Shown in pieces: positions 29,760 to 42,176 of a stretch of DNA of 64,000 bases. The notes beneath the pieces are model-generated. The model was not told the DNA's origin. It was given only the letters and a program-made list of their open reading frames with translations, and ran no database searches. Origin of the DNA: Vairimorpha necatrix (lineage: Eukaryota); assembly GCA_036630325.1 (NCBI GenBank), contig CP142732.1, positions 558,001 to 622,000 of the forward strand. The letters run 5' to 3'. The position numbers and the translations under genes are program-made. Numbering within the stretch: position 1 is the stretch's first letter; each line of letters opens with the position of its first letter.

Positions 29760-31690
29760 ATATGGCGATAAGGCGTCGTTAAGACTAAAAGTAAATGATT
29801 TGAAAAAACCTCGCGGTTTTAACTTTGAATATATGCTACAGATAGACAATAAGTCGTATAAAACATTTTTGATTTTACGTAGAATTATCTTAGAAGTATA
29901 TACAGACGGTGGTAAAAATCGTGCAAAAAGCAAAAAAGAAACGAAGAACTATAGAATTAGGTTATAGGCGATTTAAACCAAAATATGAAAAAAAACATAG
30001 AAAAGATTTAGTATTGTAGAAATAAAGTAAAATAAAAAAAAAAGTTTGCTTATTTTTGATTCCAAAACGCGTTACACAGCATAGACGGGGTTTGTTTGCT
30101 ATTTGGTTAAGAAATTTGTATAAAATTTTATAGAGCTAACAATAATATAAAAATGGATATAAAGTGAAAACTAAGAAATTTAAATGGCAGCAAGTATAGA
30201 CAAAATATTTGTAATTTGAAAAAAGTACTCGGGAAATAAATAAAGTTAAAATAAAAGATTAAAAAGTTACTTTATACTGCGAACAGACGCAAGCATGGTA
30301 GTCATGTGTGCTTTTTAAATTCAAATCATTAAACAGAGAAACGAATGCCGGCTTAATAGACATCGAAAAGCTTTACTCCTACATAATGTTGCTATGAGGC
30401 ATCATAAGAAAAAAACATGGGAAGCGTTTTGGTCATAAATATATTGAGTATAAATATAGAGTCAGAAAATTTAAAATAGAGACTGATTAAAGGTTTGGAA
30501 GAAAAAAATTAAATCGAATTATATAATATAAGAAAAATAGGTAGATTTAGAAAATACAGGAATATAACTTTGAGATTCAATATAAGAACCCGACACCCTA
30601 GTAGTGGCAAACTCATTGAACAAAATTCATCCTGAGGATGTAAAGAGCAATAGGGTAGAAAGATGATAGTTGAGCGTTAAAAAAGCGAAATACGTGTACA
30701 ACAAAATAGTTAAAGATTTGAAAATTTTATAACGAAAAGACGCCCTTAGTGCCGAACAAGAAATGTCGAGTGAAGTTGTAAGAAAATACAAAAAAGAGAA
30801 AGGAAATAGATCTAAATTAAATAAACTTATGTATTAAGAGAAGTTAAATACCTCCCCGATGGCAAAAATCATAAATGAAATCAAAAAAATGTGAAATCTG
30901 CCGAATAAACATCAAAGAAAAGGCGGTTAATATTTTATTGCCACAATAAGATATCCAAAAAAGTTGTTCTAAACAAGATGAAATTTAGAAAAGAAAATAC
31001 GTATCGAGGCCATAAGCTAAATTATAAAAGAGTTTATGAAAATTTTAGAAATCTAAGCGTTATCGAAATAGCGACTTTATTAATGACTTACACGAGCAAG
31101 GAAAAACAACAAGAATCGATTACCGCCAATAGAAAGGAATTAAAACCCAAAAAATTAGAAATATGTGTAAGCAGTTGAATATAAATTATAAAAGAGTAGC
31201 ATCGAGGCCATGGTTGTATTTTACGAGTTGAAAGAGTTATAAGATCACTTTTAAATTTATTGCGAAATCAGAACAAAATTTTGAAGTCTGAATCCTTTAA
31301 TCTACAGTAGTATACAATACAAGTTATCATAGTAGTAAAAAATGCATCCTATTGAAGTAGCCGAGGATTAAATAGAAAAATCTATATAAAAAACTGGCCA
31401 ATCGATAGTTAGAATAAAGTATTTGTATCAAAAAAGAGAAAGTCAAAGAAAAAGTAAAATGTGAAAATTTTTAATAAGAATCCCGTGAAGAAAAAATTAA
31501 AAATACAAGAGTAAGATTTATTTCAGGGGAAATAGTAAAAACGACTCGTATTGTTTCAATTATAAAATGAACGAACTGTAAAAAATACATATTGCTTTAA
31601 AACAAGGAATAAATTAATGCTGGTGAGACTAACCGCTCTGGGAGGCAATGCTATATTTGGAGCCCATATAAACGATTTATATGATAGACA
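29760..31690 (+). mobile_element. Heavily decayed Ty3/gypsy remnant related to the 1341-4415 element
   Basis: LRTDAS (~30277), KIQEYNFEIQY (~30552), and 3' end GGTGAGACTAACCGCTCTGGGAGG resembling GGAGAGACTACCCGTCTGGAGGGGG; 5' boundary uncertain. Confidence 0.65.
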
Positions 31691-31823
31691 ATTGCCTCTA
31701 ATATTTATGGCATAATGTTTTTATAAAAAAATTATATATTATAACTTCTATACAATGGAAATGGATGAATATTTCAATTGTGTTTTTTTGAAAACGAAAA
31801 ATCGATTAAGCTGTTTAATTAGA

Positions 31824-32306
31824 TCACAACTCTATTTTACTAGTCGATGGAAAATTTAAATAAATAAAAAAAACAACGAATACAAAACATATGCAACAAA
31901 AAAATATGCTATAGATTTTATCCAAAAGATCACAAACGCCATATTCTTTTTTTTTTGCATTGATATTTTTTCTTTTGCTGATGAAAGCCGCAGGAACATT
32001 ATCAAACTTATTTTTAACAGTAGGCATGGTAATTATTGTTTCATCTTGTAAGTTATCATTAGGATTTTTAATAGTTCTTTTTCTTTCTTTATTCTGCGAC
32101 ATGTCTTGTCTTTTATGTTTAGATTCAGAACTAAATGTATAAAGTTCGAAGTCTTGTTTTTGATAAATCTCACTAAAACATCCTTTTGATTTTTCGTTTT
32201 CCAAAGATTTATATGTGTTATCTAATAAGAGGCTTTCTCTTTTATTTGAAATTTTTTTGTATTCTGATGCTAAAATATTTTGAAGTAGTAAATATAAAAA
32301 ATTCAT
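31824..32306 (-). CDS. Tandem family copy 4
   Basis: MNFLYLLLQNILAS, QDFELYT, DETIITM, C-terminal TM; CCCC-ATG. Confidence 0.85.
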   Translation of the reverse strand: MNFLYLLLQNILASEYKKISNKRESLLLDNTYKSLENEKSKGCFSEIYQKQDFELYTFSSESKHKRQDMSQNKERKRTIKNPNDNLQDETIITMPTVKNKFDNVPAAFISKRKNINAKKKEYGVCDLLDKIYSIFFCCICFVFVVFFIYLNFPSTSKIEL

Positions 32307-34219
32307 GGGGCTAAATTTTTTGATTGCTTAACTAGTTATGCTTTCGAGTTTTTTAAATACTGGACATATACTTTAATTTTAACAGTGTAACTTTTGATTT
32401 TCTACAAAAACGTAACATAATGTAATGACATTTGATTAGTACTATAGGTTAATGTTGCTGATCATATTATACAACATGTTGATTTCCTCATATTTGTTAT
32501 AGATTAGATTAACTAACAAATTATTTGTTTTAAATGGGCAACTTAAGCTTTCCCTCTCTACAACGGAATTTTGTATCTACATATGCATGTTATTTTTGTT
32601 TTTCATTTATAGAGTAAAAAAATTTCATAATGTGAGGAAATATGATTCTAAAAAAACATTAGTAAATAATTATATACGCAAAATCAATCTCAGAGCTCGA
32701 TTCCGAGCGCATATAAGAAGTTGTACTGTCCAGGGAAGAAGTTGTGTGATGACAGGTATTTTGAGAGATCAAACAAGATTTTGACTTTTGACAAGACAAT
32801 ATCACAATACTTTCATGTAATAAAGATCTGTAAATAATCTTAATAAAAATTTATTTGCGTTGTAAAATGTATATAATGTGTCATCAATAATGTTACAAAC
32901 AAATACGCTTCTGAAGGAATAAAAACAAGCAAGAAGATCAGGCTTAGGATGCTAAAGAAACAGAAAAAAGACCAATTTATCGCCAGAAGAACGCCTTTTA
33001 ACAAGTTTAATATAAATGATTCTATAAATTCTAAAAAATATAATTTTACATTTTTTTAAAAGTTTAAATTTAAGCTAAAAACGATTCCCACCATATAGAA
33101 TACTTAGTTTTATAAAAAAAGATAACATAAAATGTATTTGCATATAATATACGCACTCTTTAGCATAAAAAACACATATAATATATATTTAGATTTTATT
33201 AAGAAAAAAATTACAAAAAAAGTTAGTTTAAAGACTATGAATCTACGAAAATAGAAAAAAAATTAAAAAGAGTTCTTTTTTATATAATAAATTGTTAAAG
33301 TCCTTTTTTAAGGAACGGTTTTAAAATTTTTTGAAATTTTTTTTTGAAAGAAAAAATAGAATAGTAAATTTGAGTTAAAATTTTATTCAAAATGGAAAAA
33401 TTAATTTATTGTACATTTAAAACCGATTTTGATATTCTTAAATTTTTTTGTATTAAAAAGAGAATAAATATAATTATTTTTATAATATAGTAGATAAATC
33501 CTATGTTCAAGAGAACATCTGCAAGAAAGAAACTATAATTTCTCAAAATTTATATCAGTACCAAAAAAAATATAGGCTCGATTAAAGACAGAAATAAAAA
33601 GAATACGAACCTTAAAAAAATTATTGTTTGATACACTATACAGATACATAAACATTCTTATGAGTTTTCCAGTGTTAATATATTTAACAACAATTTTGAC
33701 TTGGTACGGAACCAAGTTTTACAAAAATAAAAATTAAATGAAAGTTTTTAACACGCGTTAAACACAAAATAGCATTCAATTTGTCTCATCAAGCACAACT
33801 ATATTATTTAAATAACACATAACAGCTTAGAGATTTTTAAACAACATAAAAATGAAGTAATTTTCTACGTAAATTTAATAATAAAGCAGATGGTCAAAAG
33901 ATATTAAGTATTTTTCTCTAAAATTTGTGAATTTAAGTTAATATTTTTATAACGATACTCATGTCTATTTTCTTTACTCATGGTTTATTTTTCTTTCGTC
34001 AATATCATTTTTTTTTATAATATATCGATATAAGTTCAAAGATTTCTTAAGCATGTCGAGTTAAGAAGTCTTGAATTATGTATTAGAATAAAAATAATAT
34101 TGATAAAATGTTATATAAAATGAAAAAAAAAAAAACTTTTCAAGATTTACTTGCGGAGATAGATTTTCTAATAAAACACGTTTGTTAAGAACTAAAAATC
34201 AGTATAAGCTATTGTATTA

Positions 34220-34687
34220 GAACCATTAATTGTTTTTATCTTGTTCATATTAAAACCTTAAAGAGGTTAAATGCACAAATATAAAAACAAATACAGGTAT
34301 CGTTATTATAACAGCAACTGCAACAATCCTCGTCTCGTTTATTTGTCGAAACCCTTTTCTTTCTCTAGATTTAGCCATAGGATTATTTAGAGACTTATTT
34401 CTTTCGAGAGATAAGGTTATTATTGTTTCATCTCACGAATCAACCTTTAAGCATTCTAAAGTGATCTTTATTTCTTTATATGTTTTCAATTCTTTTTTTT
34501 TGAGATCTTTTTCTAAAAAAGTGGATGAAATTAGAAATTAATAGCTTTATGGCAATCAACGACAGTTCTTCTCAACGTTCAACGGTCGATACAGAAAAGG
34601 GTTCATCGAAAACTCTTTCTCTGTTTTTCTGTTTTCCGTGCGTGCTGTTGTAAAATACTTTGAAATTTTAAAAAATAACCTATTTAT
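34220..34687 (-). pseudogene. Tandem family copy 5 (start ATG>ATA, frameshifts)
   Basis: Aligns with 35752-36228 (GCTGTTGTAAAATACTTTG, CGGTCGATA, TTGTTTCATC.CACGAAT); CCC-ATA at the former start. Confidence 0.75.
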
Positions 34688-35319
34688 GGGATAAATTTTT
34701 TAGATTTTCTCAAATTACTAATATTATTTTAGACTATAATCGCCAAAGGTTTCAATTTTAGCTGGATTTTGTTCTTTTCGATAAATTGTGATTGAGTTCT
34801 CTTATTAAAAATTATTGTATAAAAAGAGTAAATTTGATTTTTATAAAGATTAAAAAAATATTTAACAAATTATTTTACTAATAGAAAATAATGACTATCA
34901 AAAAATTAAGCCGCCAATAAGACATCTGTAAACATTTATAAATAAAATATAGCATCTTTAACATATATATTTTAGACAGATAAACATCGTTGTTTATATT
35001 ATTATAACATTAGAAAATTTTAAAAACGACGTTGATTATATTAAAAAACGAATAAGAACAAAATGTAAATTTTTTAGCACGTAGTATACTTAATCACAAT
35101 TATTAAATTGCTTCATTACACACTAGTTAAATTACTCTTTGGCGCACAAAGTAGGGAGTTTAAAAAACAACCAAAATGACAAATAAAAATTTCAAGTTCT
35201 ATTGAAATTACAAACATAAGCTTGTATTATTGAATTAAAATTTGCTTAGATAAAGTTTAATTTGAAATAAAACTTCCAATTTGTACTATTAACAAAAATA
35301 TTACATTTTTTAAATAGAA

Positions 35320-35548
35320 TTCTTGAAGAATCAAAATAATAAATAAATTTCTCTTCTGCGCCAATTTCTTTTTTTACTTGGTAAAATCCGGGAAAGAAGC
35401 TTGTATATTAAGTACTGCTTGTACTTCTTTTAATAAGTTTCTGATTCCTCATTTAATTTACCAAATAATTTCTTTGATTTTTCAAATCAGAACTCCATCC
35501 ACATGACAAGTCTGTTAGCGTGGCTACAGGGCCATTCGAAAATATTAC
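35320..35548 (-). pseudogene. Duplicated, degenerate 3' fragment of RPL4
   Basis: TTAAGTACTGCTTGTACTTCTTT, AATTTACCAAATAATTTCT, CCACATGACAAG and TTCGAAAATATTA shared with ~37100-37391. Confidence 0.85.
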
Positions 35549-35751
35549 GTTCAAATATGTCGATGTCTTAAATTCCGTTCAAAATAAATACATCCATAGA
35601 TTTAGATATGATGTTATAATAAAATGAAAAGTAAACCCTAAAATATATACAGCAAGGATAAATAAAATAATCAAAATATGATTGTTGAGAATTAAAGAAC
35701 TCAGGAAGGTGTTTAATTAGATCAATGATGCTTAATTTTGGCTTATTTATA

Positions 35752-36228
35752 TTATTGAATGAAGAGCTCCGAGACACAGGAACACAAGGCTTCACAGGTC
35801 ATTTCAGTACAACAGCCACAAGAATACAAGGCTTCACAGGTCATTTTAGTACAACAGCCACAAGAACAATCTCCCTTTCGATTACTTTTTGGTTTAAATT
35901 TTTTTTCTTCACTAAAAATAAACAAAGCATTATTTTTTGATTGTAAATTCTCAGGAGGTACAGTAATTGTTGTTTCATCACGCGAATTGTCCTTAGAAGA
36001 TTCAACAGAATTATTAATTTCTTTATCAAATGCCGATTTTTTCATTTTAATACTTTCAGATTTGAGTGGTTGATATTCATCTTTATGGCTCTCAATGACA
36101 AATCCTTCGGACGTTTCGACGGTCGATATAAGTAGAGGAACATCTAAAACTTTTCTTTCCCCATTTTTCTCATTTTCTCCGCATGCTGTTGTAAAAATAC
36201 TTTGGAATAAAAAGATCAAACGATTCAT
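35752..36228 (-). CDS. Tandem family copy 6, divergent, with Cys-rich C-terminal repeat
   Basis: MNRLIFLFQSIFTT leader, YQPLKSE, RDETTIT; SCGCCT(K/E)MTCEAL twice. Confidence 0.75.
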   Translation of the reverse strand: MNRLIFLFQSIFTTACGENEKNGERKVLDVPLLISTVETSEGFVIESHKDEYQPLKSESIKMKKSAFDKEINNSVESSKDNSRDETTITVPPENLQSKNNALFIFSEEKKFKPKSNRKGDCSCGCCTKMTCEALYSCGCCTEMTCEALCSCVSELFIQ

Positions 36229-37078
36229 GGGGTAAATTTTTTTAGTTTTTTTTTAAAAAATTTTTTTTTCAAAGATGATTGCTAATGCTTTTCAGTTTAT
36301 ACTATATTTTGTGTTTTTATGTGCTTTGAATTATATTTTTGTAACATATAGTATAAAAAGAGTAATTTACGTTTTTGAAAAAAAAACAATAAATGTTTAA
36401 TAAGTTATGAATAAATAGTAAAAAACAAATATAAGTACGTATAATGAATATGATAGCTGACTAACATTTTGAAGATAATTAAGCTTTTCTATTTTATAAA
36501 AAATATTATAAAAAAGGTAAATTTGATTTTTAATCAGAACAATAGAATATGTAATAAGAAACGAAATAAGTAGTAAAAAAACTAATACCAAGTAGTTTTT
36601 AAGACAATAAGATATTTGAAAACATTTATAAATTTAATATAGCTTCTTGGTTCTATTATTTTTTAGACAGTTTAACATAATTGCTAAATTTTTTATAGCA
36701 TTTAAAAAATTTTACATACGACTTTGATTATATTATATTACGAAAAAAAAAACAACAGTAGATCTTTTAACACGTAGTATATGCAATCATAATTATCAAA
36801 TTGCTTTATTACGTATTTACGTTTTAAATCTTGATGTAACAATAAAAGGAGTTTAATGAAATACGAAAAAGATTTATAAATTTTTTTAGCTCTTTTATAA
36901 AAAACTAATATGATCTCATACTAAAGAAAATTAATACAAATTTTCAATAATTATAACCAACATAGACTTGTACTTTTTAAAAATAATTATATATATGAAA
37001 TAAAACATATATAAATTTGTACTTTTTTAAATTTTTTATATAAAAAACTAGTAACACTTGTCATATTAAAAATTAAAT

Positions 37079-38083
37079 TTATTTAGATAAAATTCTTTCA
37101 GAATCAAACATAGAAATAAATTTCTCTCCTTCAGCAATTTCTTCTTCTGTTTTCCTTGGTGAAAATTCCGGAATATAAGCTGGTTCATTAAGTACTGCTT
37201 GTACTTCTTTAGATAAGAATAATTCTTCGAGACTATCAGTAGTAATCATTTTCTTTGGAAGTGTAAACTTCTTTAATATTCTTGATTCTTCATTGAATTT
37301 ACCAAATAATTTCTCTAATTTTTTAAATGCGGACTCTGTCCACATGACAAGCCTGCCAGCGTGGCCACCAGGGGCCAATTCGAAAATATTAAGTTTATTT
37401 ATGCTGAGCTGATCAACACCAGGAATATTTCTGAAAGCTTTAAGCTCCACAGGACTGTCATGAATAAGAAGAAGACCTTTTCTCATTCTAAATCTTCTAT
37501 TTCTCATTTTACCCTTTGTTCCTCTTAAAGTTTTACTGTCTTTAACTCTTTCTACTTCTTCAGTCAGATTGAAATTTTTAAGGAGTTCGAAGGCGTCTTT
37601 AGTTTTCTCAAATTTCTTTAAGTCGTCACTGACGACCAAAGGAATATTTTTCAAGTTTTCGATTTTATGTCCTCTTGATTCTACGAATGAAGTTTTAGCA
37701 GATGCTGCGATGCTCATGGCCAAGGCTATTCTTCTTGTATTTAGTACGATTTTTCTGCACCATCTTCTCATTGTAGTAGTAGGATGAGCCATTCTTCCTT
37801 TTCTACAGAAATTTGCGAATGCTCCTTGTCCAGATCTTCTTGATCCTCCTCCACCAATTCTTGGGCATCTTGCGATTGCTCTTCCTGTTCCCCATGAGAC
37901 AGCAGAGTGCTGCATCCCTGCGTCAGGAGAGACAGCGTATGGTTGTCTCAAGTTTAATCTTTCAAGAGAATGAACTTGTTCGATGATATCAGATCTGATG
38001 TCTACAGAGAAGACATCTGGTAAGTTTACTGTAGATTTTACAGTGTTCCCGTCTAATTCGTAAATGTTGATTTTACTGTCCAT
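37079..38083 (-). CDS. RPL4: 60S ribosomal protein L4 (uL4)
   Basis: [46 protein letters not shown]. Confidence 0.98.
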   Translation of the reverse strand: MDSKINIYELDGNTVKSTVNLPDVFSVDIRSDIIEQVHSLERLNLRQPYAVSPDAGMQHSAVSWGTGRAIARCPRIGGGGSRRSGQGAFANFCRKGRMAHPTTTMRRWCRKIVLNTRRIALAMSIAASAKTSFVESRGHKIENLKNIPLVVSDDLKKFEKTKDAFELLKNFNLTEEVERVKDSKTLRGTKGKMRNRRFRMRKGLLLIHDSPVELKAFRNIPGVDQLSINKLNIFELAPGGHAGRLVMWTESAFKKLEKLFGKFNEESRILKKFTLPKKMITTDSLEELFLSKEVQAVLNEPAYIPEFSPRKTEEEIAEGEKFISMFDSERILSK

Positions 38084-38572
38084 GTAACCCTTCTTTATTT
38101 ATTTTTTTTATAAATTTATGCAAAAAAAATATAAAAAGAAAAATCCAGCATAAAAAAGAAAGAAAATAATATTTTAAAAAATCAATTTTTATAATTGAAT
38201 ATTTATGTCTCAGAGATTTTATTTTAATAGAATTTATATATAATAATTAAAATAGATCTTTTATATAATAATGTCAAATAGATCTTTTTTTATAATAATT
38301 AAAATAGATCTTTTATATAATATTTACAAATATTCTGGATTTTAGAGACAGCACTCATCTACAATGAAATTAAGAAGAAGGCCTTGGAATGCTGGGGACT
38401 GAAAGATTAAGAAATAGATCATGTAACGAAAATAATTTGTATATTTTTTTAACTTTGATATGTCTAACAAATTTAATTTATAGAAAATAACATTTTATTT
38501 TCTATTTGTTTCTGTGATTTGAAACAAATTCAAAACACAGAAAATAAATTAATATTTTCTTCTAAATAATAA

Positions 38573-39160
38573 ATGACTACAAGAGCTATTCAATGCACTA
38601 CATATAAAATGGTAGTACTGGGCTATTACAGCGTAGGCAAAAGTAGTCTGGTCTTAAAATACGCCAAAGATGAATTCAATGAAAATGAAGAAAGCACAAT
38701 AGGCGCCTCTTTTATGACCAAGACCATGAGCACGAGAGATTTATGTGTGAAATTTGAGATTTGGGACACAGCAGGACAAGAAAGATACAATAGCCTCATA
38801 CCAATGTACTACAGGGGAGCCCAAATAGGGATAATTGTGTATGACATCACCAGTAAAGAGAGTTTTGAAGTGGCCAAGAGGTGGGTCGAAGAATTGAAAT
38901 TTGAGAAATCTTCAGATTTCTTGAAAGTTCTAGTGGCCAATAAATTGGACTTAGAAAATGAGAGACAAGTGACATTTGAAGAAGGAAAAGAGTACGCGAT
39001 GAAAGAGAATATTTTATTTTTAGAAGCCAGTGCTAAAGAAGGGACAAATGTAAATTTAATATTTGAGATGATAGTCAGTAAAATACCAAGGGAGACACCT
39101 AAAACAAAGAAGAAAGGACTTAAACTTGGGGATTCATTAATGAAGTATTTTTGTTGTTAA
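38573..39160 (+). CDS. RAB5: Rab5/Ypt51-family small GTPase
   Basis: SVGKSSL, ESTIGASF, WDTAGQERY.SL.PMYYRGAQ, NKLD, EASAK, C-terminal CC. Confidence 0.92.
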   Translation: MTTRAIQCTTYKMVVLGYYSVGKSSLVLKYAKDEFNENEESTIGASFMTKTMSTRDLCVKFEIWDTAGQERYNSLIPMYYRGAQIGIIVYDITSKESFEVAKRWVEELKFEKSSDFLKVLVANKLDLENERQVTFEEGKEYAMKENILFLEASAKEGTNVNLIFEMIVSKIPRETPKTKKKGLKLGDSLMKYFCC

Positions 39161-39179
39161 ACAAATAAAATATCAATAC

Positions 39180-39483
39180 ATTACAATATATTACAAATTA
39201 CATTATATTATATTATATTATATTATATTATATTATATTATATTATATTATATTATATTATATTATATTATATTATATTATATTATATTATATTATATTA
39301 TATTATATTATATTATATTATATTATATTATATTATATTATATTATATTATATTATATTATATTATATTATATTATATTATATTATATTATATTATATTA
39401 TATTATATTATATTATATTATATTATATTATATTATATTATATTACAATATATTACAATATATTATATTATATTATATTATAT
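39180..39483. repeat. (TATAT)n pentanucleotide microsatellite with a few TACAA variants
   Basis: Directly visible, ~300 bp, between convergent RAB5 and CFD1. Confidence 0.98.
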
Positions 39484-39678
39484 TTGCGCATTTTTTTTTA
39501 TACTTAAACTTTATGTATCTTTTTCAAATATCTTAGATCTTAAATACATATTAATCCACTAGCTTAATTCCTTCTAAAACATTTTAGATCTTTTTTACAT
39601 TTCGATCTACTATTTAAATCTTATCTGAAATATCTTTTTTATAATATTTTAATTATGTTTCCTTTAGTTATGTTTCTT

Positions 39679-40395
39679 TTATAAAATTCTGGTTATGTTT
39701 TCTTTTAATATTTTGTAGGTCTCTAAATCTTTATATTTTTCTTTAAATTCCCCTTTGTCAAGCATTTTACCAAATTCTGGTTCTACTGGCAATTTACTTA
39801 CAAATTGTAATTTATAATATTCACTAATCTTCTCTCCTCCTCTACTTGCAAAAATATTTGTTATATGTTTACATTTCTTACATTTATATCCACTCATATT
39901 TTCTATTACTCCCAATATTTCTATATTATTCATCTGACAAAATTCTATGGCTTTTACTGTGTCACTAAGCGCCACATTCTGCGAAGTGGTCACAATTAGA
40001 CTTTTAATATTTTTGTTTACTAAAAAGTCATGTTCTTCACTTATTCCAGGGGGAGTGTCAATTATGACGAAGTCATAATCGTCAATAGACTCATAGAATA
40101 AATTTAGAAGACTGAGTTTTTTGGGTCCTCTCCAAATGACAGCGTCTTCTTTGTTTATCATTGAGCCCATTGACAAGACATGAAGATTGTCTGTGATTTT
40201 TATGGGGATAAGACCTTTACTGCCTTTTTTTACTTGGCCTTTTCCGCCTAGACTTGTGACGCAACTTGGGCCGCAAATATCAAAATCCAAAAGAAGACAC
40301 TTTTTAGATTCTGATAAAATCATGGACAGGAGGATCGAGAGACTAGATTTGCCCACTCCGCCCTTGCCACTCATGACTGCTATCTTATTTACCAT
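39679..40395 (-). CDS. CFD1: Cytosolic Fe-S cluster assembly P-loop NTPase, Cfd1/NUBP2 type
   Basis: SGKGGVGKS, DICGPS, AVIWRGPKK, DTPPG, ENMS..CKKC; lacks the N-terminal 4-Cys extension of Nbp35. Confidence 0.88.
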   Translation of the reverse strand: MVNKIAVMSGKGGVGKSSLSILLSMILSESKKCLLLDFDICGPSCVTSLGGKGQVKKGSKGLIPIKITDNLHVLSMGSMINKEDAVIWRGPKKLSLLNLFYESIDDYDFVIIDTPPGISEEHDFLVNKNIKSLIVTTSQNVALSDTVKAIEFCQMNNIEILGVIENMSGYKCKKCKHITNIFASRGGEKISEYYKLQFVSKLPVEPEFGKMLDKGEFKEKYKDLETYKILKENITRIL

Positions 40396-40481
40396 TTTCT
40401 TAATAAGGGTTAGATTTGTAATTACAATATTTCTTTATTTTTTGTTATTCCACAGGATGCTCTCATTTTATAATTCGCCTT

Positions 40482-40530
40482 ATTTATGCACATTTCTAAA
40501 TTTATCATAAATTTAGAAATGTGCATAAAT
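40482..40530. repeat. Perfect 24-bp inverted repeat with 1-nt spacer
   Basis: ATTTATGCACATTTCTAAATTTAT-C-ATAAATTTAGAAATGTGCATAAAT. Confidence 0.95.
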
Positions 40531-40998
40531 GAAAAATATATTAAATAAAGCTTAAGAATATTCTAAATAAAGCTTAAGAATATTCAAAATAAAGCTTAAG
40601 AATGGGGGAGTTTAAGAATGAAAGAGTGTTGTAACTCTAGGTACCAATCATTGCTCTTTATCATATACTAAGACAATCAGCACAAATATATTATCCAGCA
40701 TAGAATCACAGACCATTATTTCAGACACAAATATCAAAAGCTTTTTTTATAAAGATGCAATTTCATTCAGACTTAATTGTTTCAAATATAGATTACAATT
40801 TAAGCATCAAACATAATTTTATATCTTAAAAACTTAACAGGTCTATAAATATAAAGTGCTTTAATTTAACTTAAAAGTTTAGTGCATAAATGAAATAGAT
40901 CAAATATTTTATTTTCGCATAAATTTATAGATCAAATATTTTATTTGATCTATAAATGAAATACATTTATTTTAGATTTAAGATTCGAGCTTTTAAAT

Positions 40999-41973
40999 TT
41001 AGAAATCTTCCTCAAGATTAAAAGTGTCCAAATCTACATTTTGTATAAAAACAATCTCTTTGTTTTTATTTTTCGTCGTATTTCTTTGATACCTCGTCCT
41101 CTTTATAATCGGCACTACACTACTCGGATTATGAACATCTTCCTCATTAATTTCCTCTGAAAACTTTATTTCTCTTTTTCTATTTCTTCCTGTCTTTATA
41201 TGATTTGTAATTAACTTGTCTGTATATTTAATTATTATATTTTTATAACCAGAATTCATCTTCGTATTTTTAATTAATTCTTTGTGATAATCTTTCTCTG
41301 ATTTCTGGTTTATATTTACATTTACTTCTTTAAGGACATTATTGTCCTTATTTAATTTCTTAAATGTAAAATCTATCTTCTTGGTATTTTTAGTAAAATT
41401 TAAAACTTTTTGGTTTTTTGATTCTGTGGTCTTTTTTGATGATTCTGTAATCTTTTTAAGATTCTTATTTCTTTTTGGAATATTCTTATGAGGAATGCCT
41501 AATAAATTCATATTAAATAAATCATCATTGGACATTTCGTTTATTTTTTCTATGTTTCCAAATTTATTTTGAGTTTCTAAAACATTTTTACTTGAAAATT
41601 CGTCATCTTCAAGAATTTCATCAAAATAAAGTGATTTTTCTTTCTTTTTTTCTGTTTTTAAATTACTTGCGAAATTTAGAAAACTAAACAAATAGTTAAG
41701 AAAATGAAGGTAGAAATTTTCCAAGTCATATTTGCAACAAAGCAAAGTTGTATTGAATTTCCGAAACAAATTTCTATAAAATAAAAATCTCATCAACATT
41801 TTATCATCTTTATCAAATTTTACAATTAGATTATCATTATGGGTGTATTTAGTTATGCTTCTTCTGATTATGTCTCTTTTTAAATTTACTTTGTTTAGAA
41901 GTGAATATTTCCTGTTTTTTAAAAATAATAAAATTTCTCTTTTTGTTGGAGTTCCTGTGAAAATAAATTTCAT
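40999..41973 (-). CDS. Hypothetical Lys/Asn-rich protein
   Basis: 324-aa ORF with GGGG motif before the ATG; no motif recognised. Confidence 0.7.
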   Translation of the reverse strand: MKFIFTGTPTKREILLFLKNRKYSLLNKVNLKRDIIRRSITKYTHNDNLIVKFDKDDKMLMRFLFYRNLFRKFNTTLLCCKYDLENFYLHFLNYLFSFLNFASNLKTEKKKEKSLYFDEILEDDEFSSKNVLETQNKFGNIEKINEMSNDDLFNMNLLGIPHKNIPKRNKNLKKITESSKKTTESKNQKVLNFTKNTKKIDFTFKKLNKDNNVLKEVNVNINQKSEKDYHKELIKNTKMNSGYKNIIIKYTDKLITNHIKTGRNRKREIKFSEEINEEDVHNPSSVVPIIKRTRYQRNTTKNKNKEIVFIQNVDLDTFNLEEDF

Positions 41974-42176
41974 ACCCCTGAAAACATGACAAATTTATAA
42001 AAAAAAAATTCAAGGAAATATTTATTGTAAATAAAAATTTAGAATTTCTGAAATTGAAATATTGTAAATTTTAAAGTCATTTTTTTTTAAAATTTTAAAT
42101 GTGTTTACAAATTCATTCTTCCATTTTTTTCTTAAAATTTTCAATGTGTTTGCAAATTCAAAACTTCCTTTTTTTG

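Noticed and set aside
39180-39483. Telomere or CRISPR-like array
   Set aside because: Pure AT pentamer between two genes; no spacers and no G-rich strand
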